NCBI GenBank assembly: GCA_037447435.1
Contig: JBBIGR010000011.1
Location: forward strand, 1-64,000
Length of the DNA: 64,000 nucleotides
Source of the DNA: Fibrobacteria bacterium
GTDB taxonomy: Bacteria; Fibrobacterota; Chitinivibrionia; Chitinivibrionales; FEN-1185
Direction of reading: 5' to 3'
Under the pieces are notes generated by a model. That model saw only the letters and a program-made list of their open reading frames with translations. It had not been told where the DNA came from and did no database searches. The translations under genes and the position numbers were made by a program. This document shows, piece after piece, positions 48,466 through 58,337 of the stretch; positions within the stretch are counted from its first letter, which is position 1; the number at the start of each line of letters is the position of its first letter.

Positions 48466-49509
48466 ATGTCAAGGCTTAAGACTATAGAATGGTTACACGA
48501 TAACGTTCGAATTATCGATCAAACATTGCTTCCCACAAAATTACAGTATACGGATATAAATACCATAGAAGAAATGTATGAGGCAATAAAAGTTTTGCGG
48601 GTCCGAGGTGCTCCCGCGATTGGCATAGCAGCGGCTTTTGGTTTGTTTCTTGGAATTCGAAACTGTTCCGATGATTTATCATGCCGGCAATTCGATGAAT
48701 TACTCTCTGTCAAAGCTTCATATTTAAACGAATCGCGTCCAACTGCCGTTAATTTATCTTGGGCATTAGCGAGAATGAAAGAAAAATCCGCAATTCTCGG
48801 AGATGTCTCAATTAAACTGAAAAAACAGGCACTATTGAATGAAGCGCAACTCATACTTGACGAAGACAGGAAAATGTGCAGGTCGATCGGTGAATTTGCC
48901 TATGATCTTGTAAAGGATTGTAAGGCAATTCTAACGCATTGCAACGCAGGAGGCTTAGCGACATCAGAATATGGTACAGCTTTATCATGCGTTTATATTG
49001 CAGCGGAAAAAGGGAAAAAAATCCCGGTTTACTCCGACGAAACGAGGCCATTATTGCAAGGATCGCGAATTACTGCTTTTGAACTTTCTGCGGCAGATAT
49101 TCCCGTTACCGTGATTTGCGATAATATGGCTGCAACGGTAATGGCGCGTGGTCTTGTCGATGCCGCAATTGTCGGTGCAGACAGGATAGCTGCAAATGGA
49201 GATACTGCCAATAAAATTGGAACATACGGTGTGGCTTTGTTTGCAAAAGCTCATAATATACCGTTTTATGTTGCTGCGCCATCTTCCACTTTTGATACTT
49301 CAATATCCGATGGCATCAAAATTCCGATTGAAGAAAGGGATCGCGAGGAAATTGTATGTGGATTTGGGAAACAAACCGCTCCTAAAAATGTGGCTGTTTT
49401 TAATCCTGCTTTTGATGTTACTCCGAACAATTTAATTACCGCGATCATAACTGAAAAGGGCGTTTTATATCCGCCGTATACAAAATCTATTTCATCGTTG
49501 ATCGGATAG
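48466..49509 (+). CDS. mtnA: S-methyl-5-thioribose-1-phosphate isomerase
   Basis: VRGAPAIG, SRPTAVNL, LTHCNAGGLAT, DETRPLLQG, NKIGTY, NPAFDVTP. Confidence 0.96.
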   Translation: MSRLKTIEWLHDNVRIIDQTLLPTKLQYTDINTIEEMYEAIKVLRVRGAPAIGIAAAFGLFLGIRNCSDDLSCRQFDELLSVKASYLNESRPTAVNLSWALARMKEKSAILGDVSIKLKKQALLNEAQLILDEDRKMCRSIGEFAYDLVKDCKAILTHCNAGGLATSEYGTALSCVYIAAEKGKKIPVYSDETRPLLQGSRITAFELSAADIPVTVICDNMAATVMARGLVDAAIVGADRIAANGDTANKIGTYGVALFAKAHNIPFYVAAPSSTFDTSISDGIKIPIEERDREEIVCGFGKQTAPKNVAVFNPAFDVTPNNLITAIITEKGVLYPPYTKSISSLIG

Positions 49510-49518
49510 AAAAACCAT

Positions 49519-49731
49519 ATGCCAAACGGTTCAGTAAAATGGTTTAGCGAGGGGCGCGGTCAGGGAATCATTTCAGCCGATTTAGACAAAAAAGAATTGT
49601 CGGTATCATTCAAGGATCTGATAGGACCCGGATTTAAAATGTTATTTCCAGGCCAGCGAGTTTCATTTGAGATAGTGGATACAGGCAAAGGGCTCAGCGC
49701 GATTCAGGTCATGCCAACAGATGATATTTAA
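49519..49731 (+). CDS. Cold-shock-domain protein (divergent)
   Basis: GSVKWF..G.G.I, GFKML..GQRVSFEI..GKG..A..V. Confidence 0.8.
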   Translation: MPNGSVKWFSEGRGQGIISADLDKKELSVSFKDLIGPGFKMLFPGQRVSFEIVDTGKGLSAIQVMPTDDI

Positions 49732-49758
49732 CAGGAATGTAGTGTAAAGTCATAAAAA

Positions 49759-50622
49759 TCAGTTGCCAATTTTATAGGTTGTTCGGAATTTCCAAAGAGG
49801 AGAACCTTTTGCAAAATGAGGCATGAGCCTGCCTCGAGCAAGGGTATGCGAAAAATAGGGTTGGCGAACTGCGCGTGCAATAATATCCTGAACCGAGTCA
49901 TATGAATATGCACCCCACAACGGTATGATATCGGCAAAATTTTTTCCTTTTAATACGTACGACGTTGCATGGGTATACCCAACTTTCTTCGCAGCATTCC
50001 AAACTCGTTCGTCAACCCGCCCGAACGGGAAAGATATGCTTGTCACTTCCTTTGCTATGATATCCTCAAGAATTCTTTTTGAATCACACAATTCTTTTAA
50101 TAATTCGGAATCCGAGAGTAACGTTAAATTTGCATGTGTCAATGTATGGCTTCCGATTTCATGCCCGAGCGAACTGATTTCAATAATTTGGCTTCTCGTT
50201 AAGTGGGTTTGCTTCGGCAATGCGTCCCATGATGATGTTTTGCCAAGAAAGCCGGCTACAGGGAATACAGTCGTTTTTATTCCATGACGCTCGCAGATGG
50301 GCAATGCTTTTGAATGAAACGTATCAAACCCGTCATCAAAAGTCATTACTATGGAATTTCGACGAGACAACGGAGGTAATGATGAAAAATGAGAAACCGT
50401 TACAAATCGAAACCCTTCACCACGAAGTCGGCAGAGAAGCGAGTCGAATTTGAATGAAGAATAATATGAACAATGCATTGCCGGAATATCAGAAATGGAA
50501 TGAAAAAGTAAACCGATGGGCCCGCTTGATCTTTTCTTTTTACCGAAAAATAAAACAGCGAGTATGCCGCATAAAAATGGAAAGGCAATAATGGAAAATA
50601 GTAATAAAAAAAGTATGTTCAT
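49759..50622 (-). CDS. Polysaccharide deacetylase (CE4/IcaB-like), membrane-anchored
   Basis: LLFHSI, MTFDDG, HEIGSHTLTH, SFPFG; N-terminal TM. Confidence 0.9.
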   Translation of the reverse strand: MNILFLLLFSIIAFPFLCGILAVLFFGKKKRSSGPIGLLFHSISDIPAMHCSYYSSFKFDSLLCRLRGEGFRFVTVSHFSSLPPLSRRNSIVMTFDDGFDTFHSKALPICERHGIKTTVFPVAGFLGKTSSWDALPKQTHLTRSQIIEISSLGHEIGSHTLTHANLTLLSDSELLKELCDSKRILEDIIAKEVTSISFPFGRVDERVWNAAKKVGYTHATSYVLKGKNFADIIPLWGAYSYDSVQDIIARAVRQPYFSHTLARGRLMPHFAKGSPLWKFRTTYKIGN

Positions 50623-50643
50623 TCGATGAAAATGACGGAAGAC

Positions 50644-51510
50644 TTAATGGTTTTGTTGACGGTTAAAAATTTTCGACAATAGATTGGAATCGTTCTTTTT
50701 CTTTGCGCCGGTAGCGCCTTGTCTTGCTTTGTTTTTAAGAAAATTTACCGATGTGTAATACAGATATTCGGTATTGCTTGGCGGCGGAACACTGCCTGTT
50801 TTTATGGGTGAGCCGCTATTTGAAATGCTTTTTTCAAGCTCTGATGTCGTAGTTGGAACCTGTTCCGAAACCTTGGCTGGAGTTTCTTGAATCGTAAATT
50901 TTTGGGTCGCGGGAGGGTTCGGATGTCCGGCGGCAATTTCATCGGGATTAACCAGATTTTTTTTCCCGATATTTTCCGTTTGCTGTGTCTGAGATTGCAA
51001 AGATGATTGTTGCTCGGGGTTAAAAAAGGAATCAATTCCTTTTTCAACATCATCATCTGACATGGTTAAAGAAGGCATTGCCACAGGGCCAGAAAGCATT
51101 GTTTCTATATTTTGTTTAATTGCAAATAGTGCCGCTTTCAGTTCCTCTATATGGCGAGCAACGCTTGAAGAAACAGCCGATAAGGAAATTTGGCGGTCAA
51201 ATATAGCTGCACAAATCGTGTCGTCGTCGACAAGCGTGATAAGAAGATTTTTTGTTTTTCCGCAGTGAGACATCATGCTGAATTCCTTTTCGCCAATAAG
51301 GCCAGCAATTCCCTGCGTGGAAGCGAAGCTTCCAACAATGAGGGCAGCAAGTGCGGACATGTCGAAAAGGGCCAACGTTCCCTGGCTGGCAAGAAGCCTT
51401 GTATCTTTATTAACAAGGATCGCCGACAGGATCTTCGTCTCAAAAACAAGACTTTGCAGAATCGAATTCAACCTGTCGATGTCTTCCTTGTAAAGGATGA
51501 CGTCGCTCAT
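50644..51510 (-). CDS. mglB: MglB-like Roadblock/LC7 protein with long C-terminal extension
   Basis: LVNKD..LAS.G...[23 protein letters not shown]; translationally coupled to mglA. Confidence 0.85.
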   Translation of the reverse strand: MSDVILYKEDIDRLNSILQSLVFETKILSAILVNKDTRLLASQGTLALFDMSALAALIVGSFASTQGIAGLIGEKEFSMMSHCGKTKNLLITLVDDDTICAAIFDRQISLSAVSSSVARHIEELKAALFAIKQNIETMLSGPVAMPSLTMSDDDVEKGIDSFFNPEQQSSLQSQTQQTENIGKKNLVNPDEIAAGHPNPPATQKFTIQETPAKVSEQVPTTTSELEKSISNSGSPIKTGSVPPPSNTEYLYYTSVNFLKNKARQGATGAKKKNDSNLLSKIFNRQQNH

Positions 51511-52853
51511 TGAGGTTTGTCTTTATTAAATATTTTGCCAAAGAAGCCGCTTTGCGGTTTTGTCTTCGGATTAACCGGCCTTTTTATTTTTTTTCTCTGA
51601 CGATCTGTGTTGACAGAGGTGAAATAGAGAGGCTGTTCCTCTTCGCCGGGCTGCAACGGCTCTTCGGAGTAATTCTGTTGCGGATATTGCGGAATTTGCT
51701 CCGCAGATTCCTCAGGCGGTTCATAGACGTTGTAACTCCCTTGTTGCGGAGGAGGATACGCTATTGGTTGTGTTTGTTGAGGGGAAGCCGGTTGTTGCAA
51801 CGGTTGGGGTTGCTGTGCCGATTGAAGGTTTCGTAATTTACGTTGTTTTTCTTCAATTTCTCTTTGATATTTTTCAATTTCCAAATCAAGTTCTGTTTTT
51901 TCGGCGGACGACGGTTTGAGTTCTTGACTGGAGTAACCAGATGTTTCAGGTTTTTGAAATGGTGATGATGCTTGAGCCGACATTGGTTCAAGGTTAATGG
52001 CGCCATAATCATAATAATCTGATGCCGGCGGTTGTTGCATAGGCGCTTTAGTAGGAGCCGGTTGAATCGGAGTAGGTTGCGGTACCGAAAAAATGTCTTG
52101 TTGCGGCATTGGTTGCGCAGCAAAAGGGCTCTGTTGGGCAATAGGTCGTTGCTGTTGTTGAACAAAAAACGGATCCTGAGCTGGAACAGGCTTGGGTTGT
52201 ATGCGTTGAGGAGCAGGCGAAGCTATTGGGGCGGCTTGAGGTGTCGGAGCCCCATAGGTTGGTCTGGCATATTTTTTATTCAAACTGTCGATAACAATTT
52301 TTCCAATTATTTTAAGCGATTCGAAAACGCCTTTGCCCTGGCTGGCAACGGCTTCATTCCATTGGTATCCTAATTTATTAACGGTTTTATCAATCGCTTC
52401 TACAGGGAGTGCATTCGGAAGATCTCTTTTATTGTATTGCAAAACAATCGGGACGCTTCCTGGTTGATAACCATATTCAGCAAGATTGTCATGAAGGTTT
52501 TGAAGGCTTTCAAGGTTTTCCTGCATTTTGTCTTGAGCAGAATCAACGACAAACACAACGCCATCAACGCCGCGCAAAACAAGTTTGCGGGTTGCATTAT
52601 AATAGACTTGCCCCGGAACCGTGTACAATTGAAACTTTGTCGAAAAACCTTTGATCTTGCCTAAGTCAAGCGGCAGAAAATCAAAAAACAAAGTTCTGTC
52701 GGTTTCAGTGGCCAACGAAACCATATCACTTCTATAATCAATGGGGATTTTCCGGTGAATAACCTGTAAATTTGTTGTTTTTCCGCTTAGCCCAGGACCA
52801 TAATAAACAATTTTTACACTAATTTCCCTTATTGCGTAATTAATGGAAGCCAT
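51507..52853 (-). CDS. mglA: MglA-family small GTPase with a P/Q-rich C-terminal extension of about 250 aa
   Basis: [56 protein letters not shown]. Confidence 0.93.
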   Translation of the reverse strand: MASINYAIREISVKIVYYGPGLSGKTTNLQVIHRKIPIDYRSDMVSLATETDRTLFFDFLPLDLGKIKGFSTKFQLYTVPGQVYYNATRKLVLRGVDGVVFVVDSAQDKMQENLESLQNLHDNLAEYGYQPGSVPIVLQYNKRDLPNALPVEAIDKTVNKLGYQWNEAVASQGKGVFESLKIIGKIVIDSLNKKYARPTYGAPTPQAAPIASPAPQRIQPKPVPAQDPFFVQQQQRPIAQQSPFAAQPMPQQDIFSVPQPTPIQPAPTKAPMQQPPASDYYDYGAINLEPMSAQASSPFQKPETSGYSSQELKPSSAEKTELDLEIEKYQREIEEKQRKLRNLQSAQQPQPLQQPASPQQTQPIAYPPPQQGSYNVYEPPEESAEQIPQYPQQNYSEEPLQPGEEEQPLYFTSVNTDRQRKKIKRPVNPKTKPQSGFFGKIFNKDKPQ

Positions 52854-53018
52854 TGATTAATCCCTCTGTTAAAGCAGATGGCAAAATGTAAAATCGCGGT
52901 GAATGGTTAAAACACCAAATTTTAATATATATAATTGAAATATAGTTCTGTATGAAGGAATACGCAAGCAAAGACACCCAACAATAATTATTAACTAAAA
53001 AAAATAAAATTAGCGCGT

Positions 53019-54071
53019 TTAATCCTTTTTACTTATATCGCATTGGGATAATAATCCTTCTTTAACGAGCGCTGTAACATCGGGAGCGTGGAAACCTTTC
53101 TCAAAATGAAACTGTATTAATGCAATTCGCCGTTTTTGGTCGAATCTGTCCTGGGAATATTTTTCTTTAATGGTCAAACATTGATCGACTCGATTTCTGA
53201 GAACCGTCTTTTGCAAAAAGAAAGAAGCCGCTGAAATGCCTGCAATTGCTGCAATGATCATAATAACGGTTGAAAGCGCATAAATTGAATTTTCCCATGA
53301 GGAGGTTTGTTCGCGAGCGGCAGGTTTTGCAAGTGGAGATTGCTTAACAGATGAAGGAGCGATTTCAGACTCCATCCATAGCCCGAAGATTATTTCATAC
53401 ATCCTGTAAGTAAAAAATACCGATTTTTCGCAAATCGAGCCGACGGAAGATGTCCCGTCTATCAATGAATGAACATAGCCGACGGGATCGTACAACGGTG
53501 ATCCAAGCGGAGATGTAGTCTTTTTTCTCGAACCGTTTGGAGAAATTGAAAAAACGGTTTCGTCGGAAATGTTACGATGCATTCTTTTCCACTCATCCGA
53601 TCTGCGCATAGCTTCCATGGTGATAGCATCGGCAGGAAACATGACGCCCGCAATAATGTATTCATCCATACTTTCTAATGAATCAAATCTGTATTGGCCG
53701 TCGTCCCATAAAAAAAGGCTGCACGCTAAGTCTTCAATGCTCATTTTTAAAAGCGAAATCAACTCCTCGCTTGTAAGGTAGTTTCTGCTCGTCAATTCCT
53801 GCGAAAACAATCGCATTTCACCTTGACATAAAATAAGAAGTTCGTTGAGTTCGGCTTCCGAATATCGTTTGGCGAGTATTAAATAGTTGAATAAGAATGT
53901 TTGTAAATTGCTGTCGGCGTTTCCTGCGGCAACAATTTTCCCCTGTGAAAAAATCACAAAACCTTCCTCTTGGCCGTACGAAAGTACCAGTTGTCCGGTT
54001 TTCCCGTCATGAGAAATCAATTGGAAAATATCCGCCAATTGAAATTCACGCAAGCTGCCCCTTAAAGCCAT
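53019..54071 (-). CDS. DUF4388 (PatA-N/PATAN) domain protein with C-terminal TM
   Basis: MALRGSLREFQLADIFQLI....KTGQL, LFLWDDGQYRF, MEAMRRSDEW. Confidence 0.88.
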   Translation of the reverse strand: MALRGSLREFQLADIFQLISHDGKTGQLVLSYGQEEGFVIFSQGKIVAAGNADSNLQTFLFNYLILAKRYSEAELNELLILCQGEMRLFSQELTSRNYLTSEELISLLKMSIEDLACSLFLWDDGQYRFDSLESMDEYIIAGVMFPADAITMEAMRRSDEWKRMHRNISDETVFSISPNGSRKKTTSPLGSPLYDPVGYVHSLIDGTSSVGSICEKSVFFTYRMYEIIFGLWMESEIAPSSVKQSPLAKPAAREQTSSWENSIYALSTVIMIIAAIAGISAASFFLQKTVLRNRVDQCLTIKEKYSQDRFDQKRRIALIQFHFEKGFHAPDVTALVKEGLLSQCDISKKD

Positions 54072-54072
54072 A

Positions 54073-56178
54073 TTATTCTCCCCGAATTTTCATTTCTTTA
54101 ACAAGCAAAGATGCTGCGCGCCCGATAAAAAACGCGTTATACAAAACGCACAAGACAAAAAACGGCAAAATAACTCCATGTAAAAGCCACGATGGAAAAA
54201 CAATGGCTGGGAAGAGAATGAATGAGTAAATTCCATAAACGATGCTTGTTAAAAGTAGGATGGGAATCGACAGCCACATCGTCGAATTTCTTTGGACCAT
54301 TCCTGCACCGGGAAAAACAACATCGAGGATCAGGGCCCGCAGAGAAGAAAGACGTACGCTTTTAAATTGGATCTTCGACATTATTCTTTGCCGGATGCTT
54401 TCGTTGCGGATATGTTGGGTCGAGTTAAAGCAATCCTGGCAAATTCCTCCTCGTTTGCATTTACGGCAAATAGGTGTCTGGCACAGCTTGCAAGAATAAA
54501 TTTTCTTGACAACATCGCGGGACCAAACGGTCATATCCGATACTATCAGGATGCAAAAAAGAATAAGTGAAAGTATTGCATAAATAAAGAAGGAAAAACC
54601 AAAAAAAGTGACGCCGAACCTTTTGTCAACGCCTTGCGAATGGTTTGCGGAATACGTGAAAATATGTTTCCAAAAGTAGCCCGGAGTATAATCGGGTGAT
54701 ATTAACTGCCTGGCGATGGGCCAATCTTTGGAAAAAAAATCATCGCTTATTTTAATATGGGAATTTATCAGGAGTGGATTTATCCTTGCTGCTTTGGAAA
54801 TATACTCCATACCTTTTGCTGTTTCCATTGCATTAAAAAAATATTGGCCGCAATTAAAATAGGCTGGCGCAAAATTAAAATTTGATTCGATGCATTCGAG
54901 ATAGGTGTTTTTCGCTTCATTCAGCTGGCCGGATTGGTACAAAACATTTCCGAGAACGGTGAGTACGACCGGGTCTGTTGGAGCCAATTGCTGCGCTTGT
55001 CTTATGTGAGATAACGCATTTTGGGTATCTTGCTTCCTTAAATATGAAACTGCCATGCCCGTATGAATCAAAAAATTCGACGAATTTGTTTGTGTTGACT
55101 TTTGTAAATATTCCTCAAATTCAGGATAATATCCTTCGTCGAGCGATTTTTTTAATAACATCGGTGCGCTTGCAGGGTCATTGCACATGTAAAACATATC
55201 GTCGACCTTTAAATTTAAAGGATATAGCATGAAAATTCCCAAGACTATACCTCCAAGGACCTTGTCGCGACCGTGCAAATGGCGCCAAAGGAGGAAAAAA
55301 GTGATCCAAATCCATGCGGTAAATCCAATAAATATCAAAGCGAAGAACAGTGCGCTCGATAATAAAACCCTGGTTTTAATGCTATATTTTTTGGGAAGCA
55401 ACTCCGAAACCGAATGCAATGATTGGGGGAGGTATTTTGCCAGCAAAGTACCAATAATTCCTACGACAAAAAATTCGAATACAATGGTAAGCCAGGTGTG
55501 TAATTGGTAAACAAGTTCCAATTGAATTTCCCATGAATTCAATACCTTTTCGTACAGATCCTTAATTTTTAAAAAAGCATTTTGGGGGTTTGGGTAGAGG
55601 TTCGATTTAATATCTAATATCAATGGCCATATGCAATTCCTGTCGAATATGCCTGCCCAAGATCTCTGGGAACCGTTTAATGAGCTTGTCGAGGAATAAA
55701 CATCGTTATACAAAAGGATTTGGCTAACTAATGGCGCCGATTGGATACCGCGCATCAAGGACAATAGCCTCAATTTTGTAAGACATTTTTCCTGCCACAA
55801 AGGTAAACCGCAGCGTTCAAATTCCAAAGATAATGCAAAAATCGATCCGGGATCCGATTTGGTTGCGGAAATGGCTTTCGAAAACCAAATAGAAGAAACA
55901 GATGCGGTATCATTGCTGTTTGCTAATCCGATGCAAAAACAATACCATACCGACATTGTGTCAAAAGTTAATGTATTTACGTTGATGGAAAACCCTGAAG
56001 CCGGATACAGGGATAATCGTGTTGAGTCTAAGCCGGTCAATTTAAATACGCTATCCCGGGTGGTAAGAGCGGAAATGAATTCGGATTCCCAAAGAATAGG
56101 CAATTCACGGGCTGTCGATCGAATGACCGACAACGAAATAATTATGAGAAGCGCACAGGAAATAAAACGATTTTTCAT
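54073..56178 (-). CDS. Multi-pass membrane protein with TPR repeats and a Cys-rich zinc-finger-like motif
   Basis: TM segments; TPRs (LGNVLYQSGQLNEA, AYFNCG); CKLC..ICRKC..CQDC; PGAG TM tail. Confidence 0.8.
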   Translation of the reverse strand: MKNRFISCALLIIISLSVIRSTARELPILWESEFISALTTRDSVFKLTGLDSTRLSLYPASGFSINVNTLTFDTMSVWYCFCIGLANSNDTASVSSIWFSKAISATKSDPGSIFALSLEFERCGLPLWQEKCLTKLRLLSLMRGIQSAPLVSQILLYNDVYSSTSSLNGSQRSWAGIFDRNCIWPLILDIKSNLYPNPQNAFLKIKDLYEKVLNSWEIQLELVYQLHTWLTIVFEFFVVGIIGTLLAKYLPQSLHSVSELLPKKYSIKTRVLLSSALFFALIFIGFTAWIWITFFLLWRHLHGRDKVLGGIVLGIFMLYPLNLKVDDMFYMCNDPASAPMLLKKSLDEGYYPEFEEYLQKSTQTNSSNFLIHTGMAVSYLRKQDTQNALSHIRQAQQLAPTDPVVLTVLGNVLYQSGQLNEAKNTYLECIESNFNFAPAYFNCGQYFFNAMETAKGMEYISKAARINPLLINSHIKISDDFFSKDWPIARQLISPDYTPGYFWKHIFTYSANHSQGVDKRFGVTFFGFSFFIYAILSLILFCILIVSDMTVWSRDVVKKIYSCKLCQTPICRKCKRGGICQDCFNSTQHIRNESIRQRIMSKIQFKSVRLSSLRALILDVVFPGAGMVQRNSTMWLSIPILLLTSIVYGIYSFILFPAIVFPSWLLHGVILPFFVLCVLYNAFFIGRAASLLVKEMKIRGE

Positions 56179-56447
56179 AAGGCTAAAAATGTATGTATTA
56201 AAATTTAAATATTCGGTTTCTTCACTTACAATTACGCTTTTTCCTTCAATGGTATTAAAGGAAAAGCGGTAATGATTTTGTTTAATTGTACAAACAAAAC
56301 ATAAAAAAAGGCAAAGTAAATTTAAAAAATATGAGGAGGATAATGAAAGCTAACCCGAAATGAATCGACGGAAATAATAATAGAAAAAAAACAAAAAAAA
56401 GTATGACGGATATTGAATGATTCGATAGTTTTTATCGGTATCGGAAA

Positions 56448-57689
56448 TTATTCCTCGCCTCGAATGAGATCCTCATACGTTTCGCGTTTTCTTATGACCG
56501 AATAAGTCTTGCCGTCAACTAAAACTTCGCATGGCTTAACGCGTGAGTTGTAATTGGATGACATCGTAAAACCATATGCCCCGGCGCTTTTCACCGCAAT
56601 GACCGATTTTTGAGGTAATAGCTCCATAGACCGGTCTTTTGCAAGAAAATCCGATGATTCGCAAATGGGGCCAACGACGTCGACGATAACGGTTTCAGAG
56701 TTTTCGGGTTTTACGACAGGAACTATTCCGTGATAAGAACCGTAAAGTGGCGGTCGAATAAGATCGTTCATCCCTGCATCGCAAATATAGAATAATTTTG
56801 TGTCGGTTTTCTTGATATAGGTAATGGATGTCAACAATACTGCTGAATTTCCGACGACAAATCGCCCCGGTTCTATGATGAGATTACATTTTAAAGAGTC
56901 CATAAACGGAGACATTATTCCCGCGAATTGAATCGGCGTAAACGGTGTCTCCGTATTGTAAACGATGCCGAGGCCTCCGCCGATATCGACGGTGTGAATT
57001 TTAATGCCGATAGAATTTAGCGCCGTAAAAAGGTCCGACAACATTCCTAATGCCTGACGATACGGGTCTAGCGTCAAAATTGGAGACCCTAAGTGCACAT
57101 CGATACCTATCGGGTTGATATTTGGCAAACCGTACGCTTTTTTATAAAAATCAACTGCGGCGGAAATGGGGACTCCGAATTTGTTTTCTTTTTTCGCTGT
57201 TGTGGTATACTGGTGAGTTTTACCGTCGATATCCGGATTAACCCGTAACGAAATAGGGGCGATCACATCCATCGATCTTGCGATTTCAGAAAGAGCAAAT
57301 AATTCCGACTCGGATTCAATATTGAACATTCCGATACCGCTTTTAAGAGCATAGCGAAGCTCAGTCTCTGTTTTTCCAACTCCGGAATAGACGATTTTTT
57401 TGGGATGTATTCCTGCTTTTAATGCTCGAAACAGTTCTCCGCCGGAAACGATATCGGCGCCGATATTTTTCGCAGCCATGAGTCGAAGTATAGATAAATT
57501 AGAATTTGACTTTACTGAAAAACAAATCTGTACATTTCGGGAACCGAAAGCTCCGGAAAGTAAATCTAAGTTATTGATTATGCTGGATTTTGAATAAACG
57601 TATGCCGGAGTGCCGACTTCGCGTGCAATTGAAGCGAGGGAGACGTTTTCACAGAACAATTCGTCTCCCACGTATTGAAAATTTACCAT
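56448..57689 (-). CDS. lysA: Diaminopimelate decarboxylase
   Basis: TPAYVY, SVKSN, DIVSGGEL, HLGS, EPGR, GPICESSD, GAYG..MSSNYNSR. Confidence 0.96.
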   Translation of the reverse strand: MVNFQYVGDELFCENVSLASIAREVGTPAYVYSKSSIINNLDLLSGAFGSRNVQICFSVKSNSNLSILRLMAAKNIGADIVSGGELFRALKAGIHPKKIVYSGVGKTETELRYALKSGIGMFNIESESELFALSEIARSMDVIAPISLRVNPDIDGKTHQYTTTAKKENKFGVPISAAVDFYKKAYGLPNINPIGIDVHLGSPILTLDPYRQALGMLSDLFTALNSIGIKIHTVDIGGGLGIVYNTETPFTPIQFAGIMSPFMDSLKCNLIIEPGRFVVGNSAVLLTSITYIKKTDTKLFYICDAGMNDLIRPPLYGSYHGIVPVVKPENSETVIVDVVGPICESSDFLAKDRSMELLPQKSVIAVKSAGAYGFTMSSNYNSRVKPCEVLVDGKTYSVIRKRETYEDLIRGEE

Positions 57690-57739
57690 CAATACCCTTT
57701 AAATCAAAATGGGGTTAAGGCTTGTTTAGAAAAAAAACA

Positions 57740-57997
57740 TTAGCCCTGAAGTTTATTTACATGAGCATAAAGACGAGATTTTTTATTCGATGCGTTGTTT
57801 TTATGGATAAGACCGCTACCAGCGCATTTGTCGATAAAAGAAACTGCTTGAGAAAGATGCGCTGATGCATTTTTTTTATCTTTAGCATCTAAAACGTGGC
57901 GGATTACAGTTCTCAATGTGGACTGATCGCTTCTGTTTTTAAGATTGGCTTTTTTGCTTTTACGAACATGTTTTTCACATGCTTTATGTTGCGGCAT
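57740..57997 (-). CDS. rpsT: 30S ribosomal protein S20
   Basis: MPQHK..K..R....N....S.LRT; IDK..G.IHKN.A..KKSRL; AAGGAG RBS. Confidence 0.93.
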   Translation of the reverse strand: MPQHKACEKHVRKSKKANLKNRSDQSTLRTVIRHVLDAKDKKNASAHLSQAVSFIDKCAGSGLIHKNNASNKKSRLYAHVNKLQG

Positions 57998-58337
57998 TGA
58001 CTGCACTCCTTAATTCATTCAGGTAAGACGGTAAATTATGAATAACGTAATACGCTAAAATATATTTAATCTTAAAGATAAGTCAAATATTGGGAACTTA
58101 AAAATTTCAAATATTTTTTACTCCGATAATCCGGAGCTTCGCAAGCGGATCGTTTTTGATGAGATTATATCTAAGCGAAGAGTCCCCTGTAAGTAACGGC
58201 CATGGTACCGAGTGGATAAAATTAATATAGATTCCAATCTTCAATAGCATATCGATTAAAAAATTAAGGTATTTTAAATTCCGCAATGATACATTCAAAA
58301 AAATGAATCGCTTAAAAGTGAAATTTCCGATACCAAA

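Noticed and set aside
56179..56345. Open frame continuing upstream of the TPR membrane-protein start, with an imperfect hairpin at 56231-56273
   Set aside because: There is no standard in-frame start before the next stop, and the ATG at 56178 already gives a signal-peptide-like N-terminus. The hairpin may simply terminate lysA.
58107..58298. 63-aa ORF whose KNDPLAKLRII resembles KNDPGLAKKRIL in the adjacent PHP protein
   Set aside because: The match is short, there is no clear RBS, and it lies in an AT-rich divergent promoter region; probably chance.
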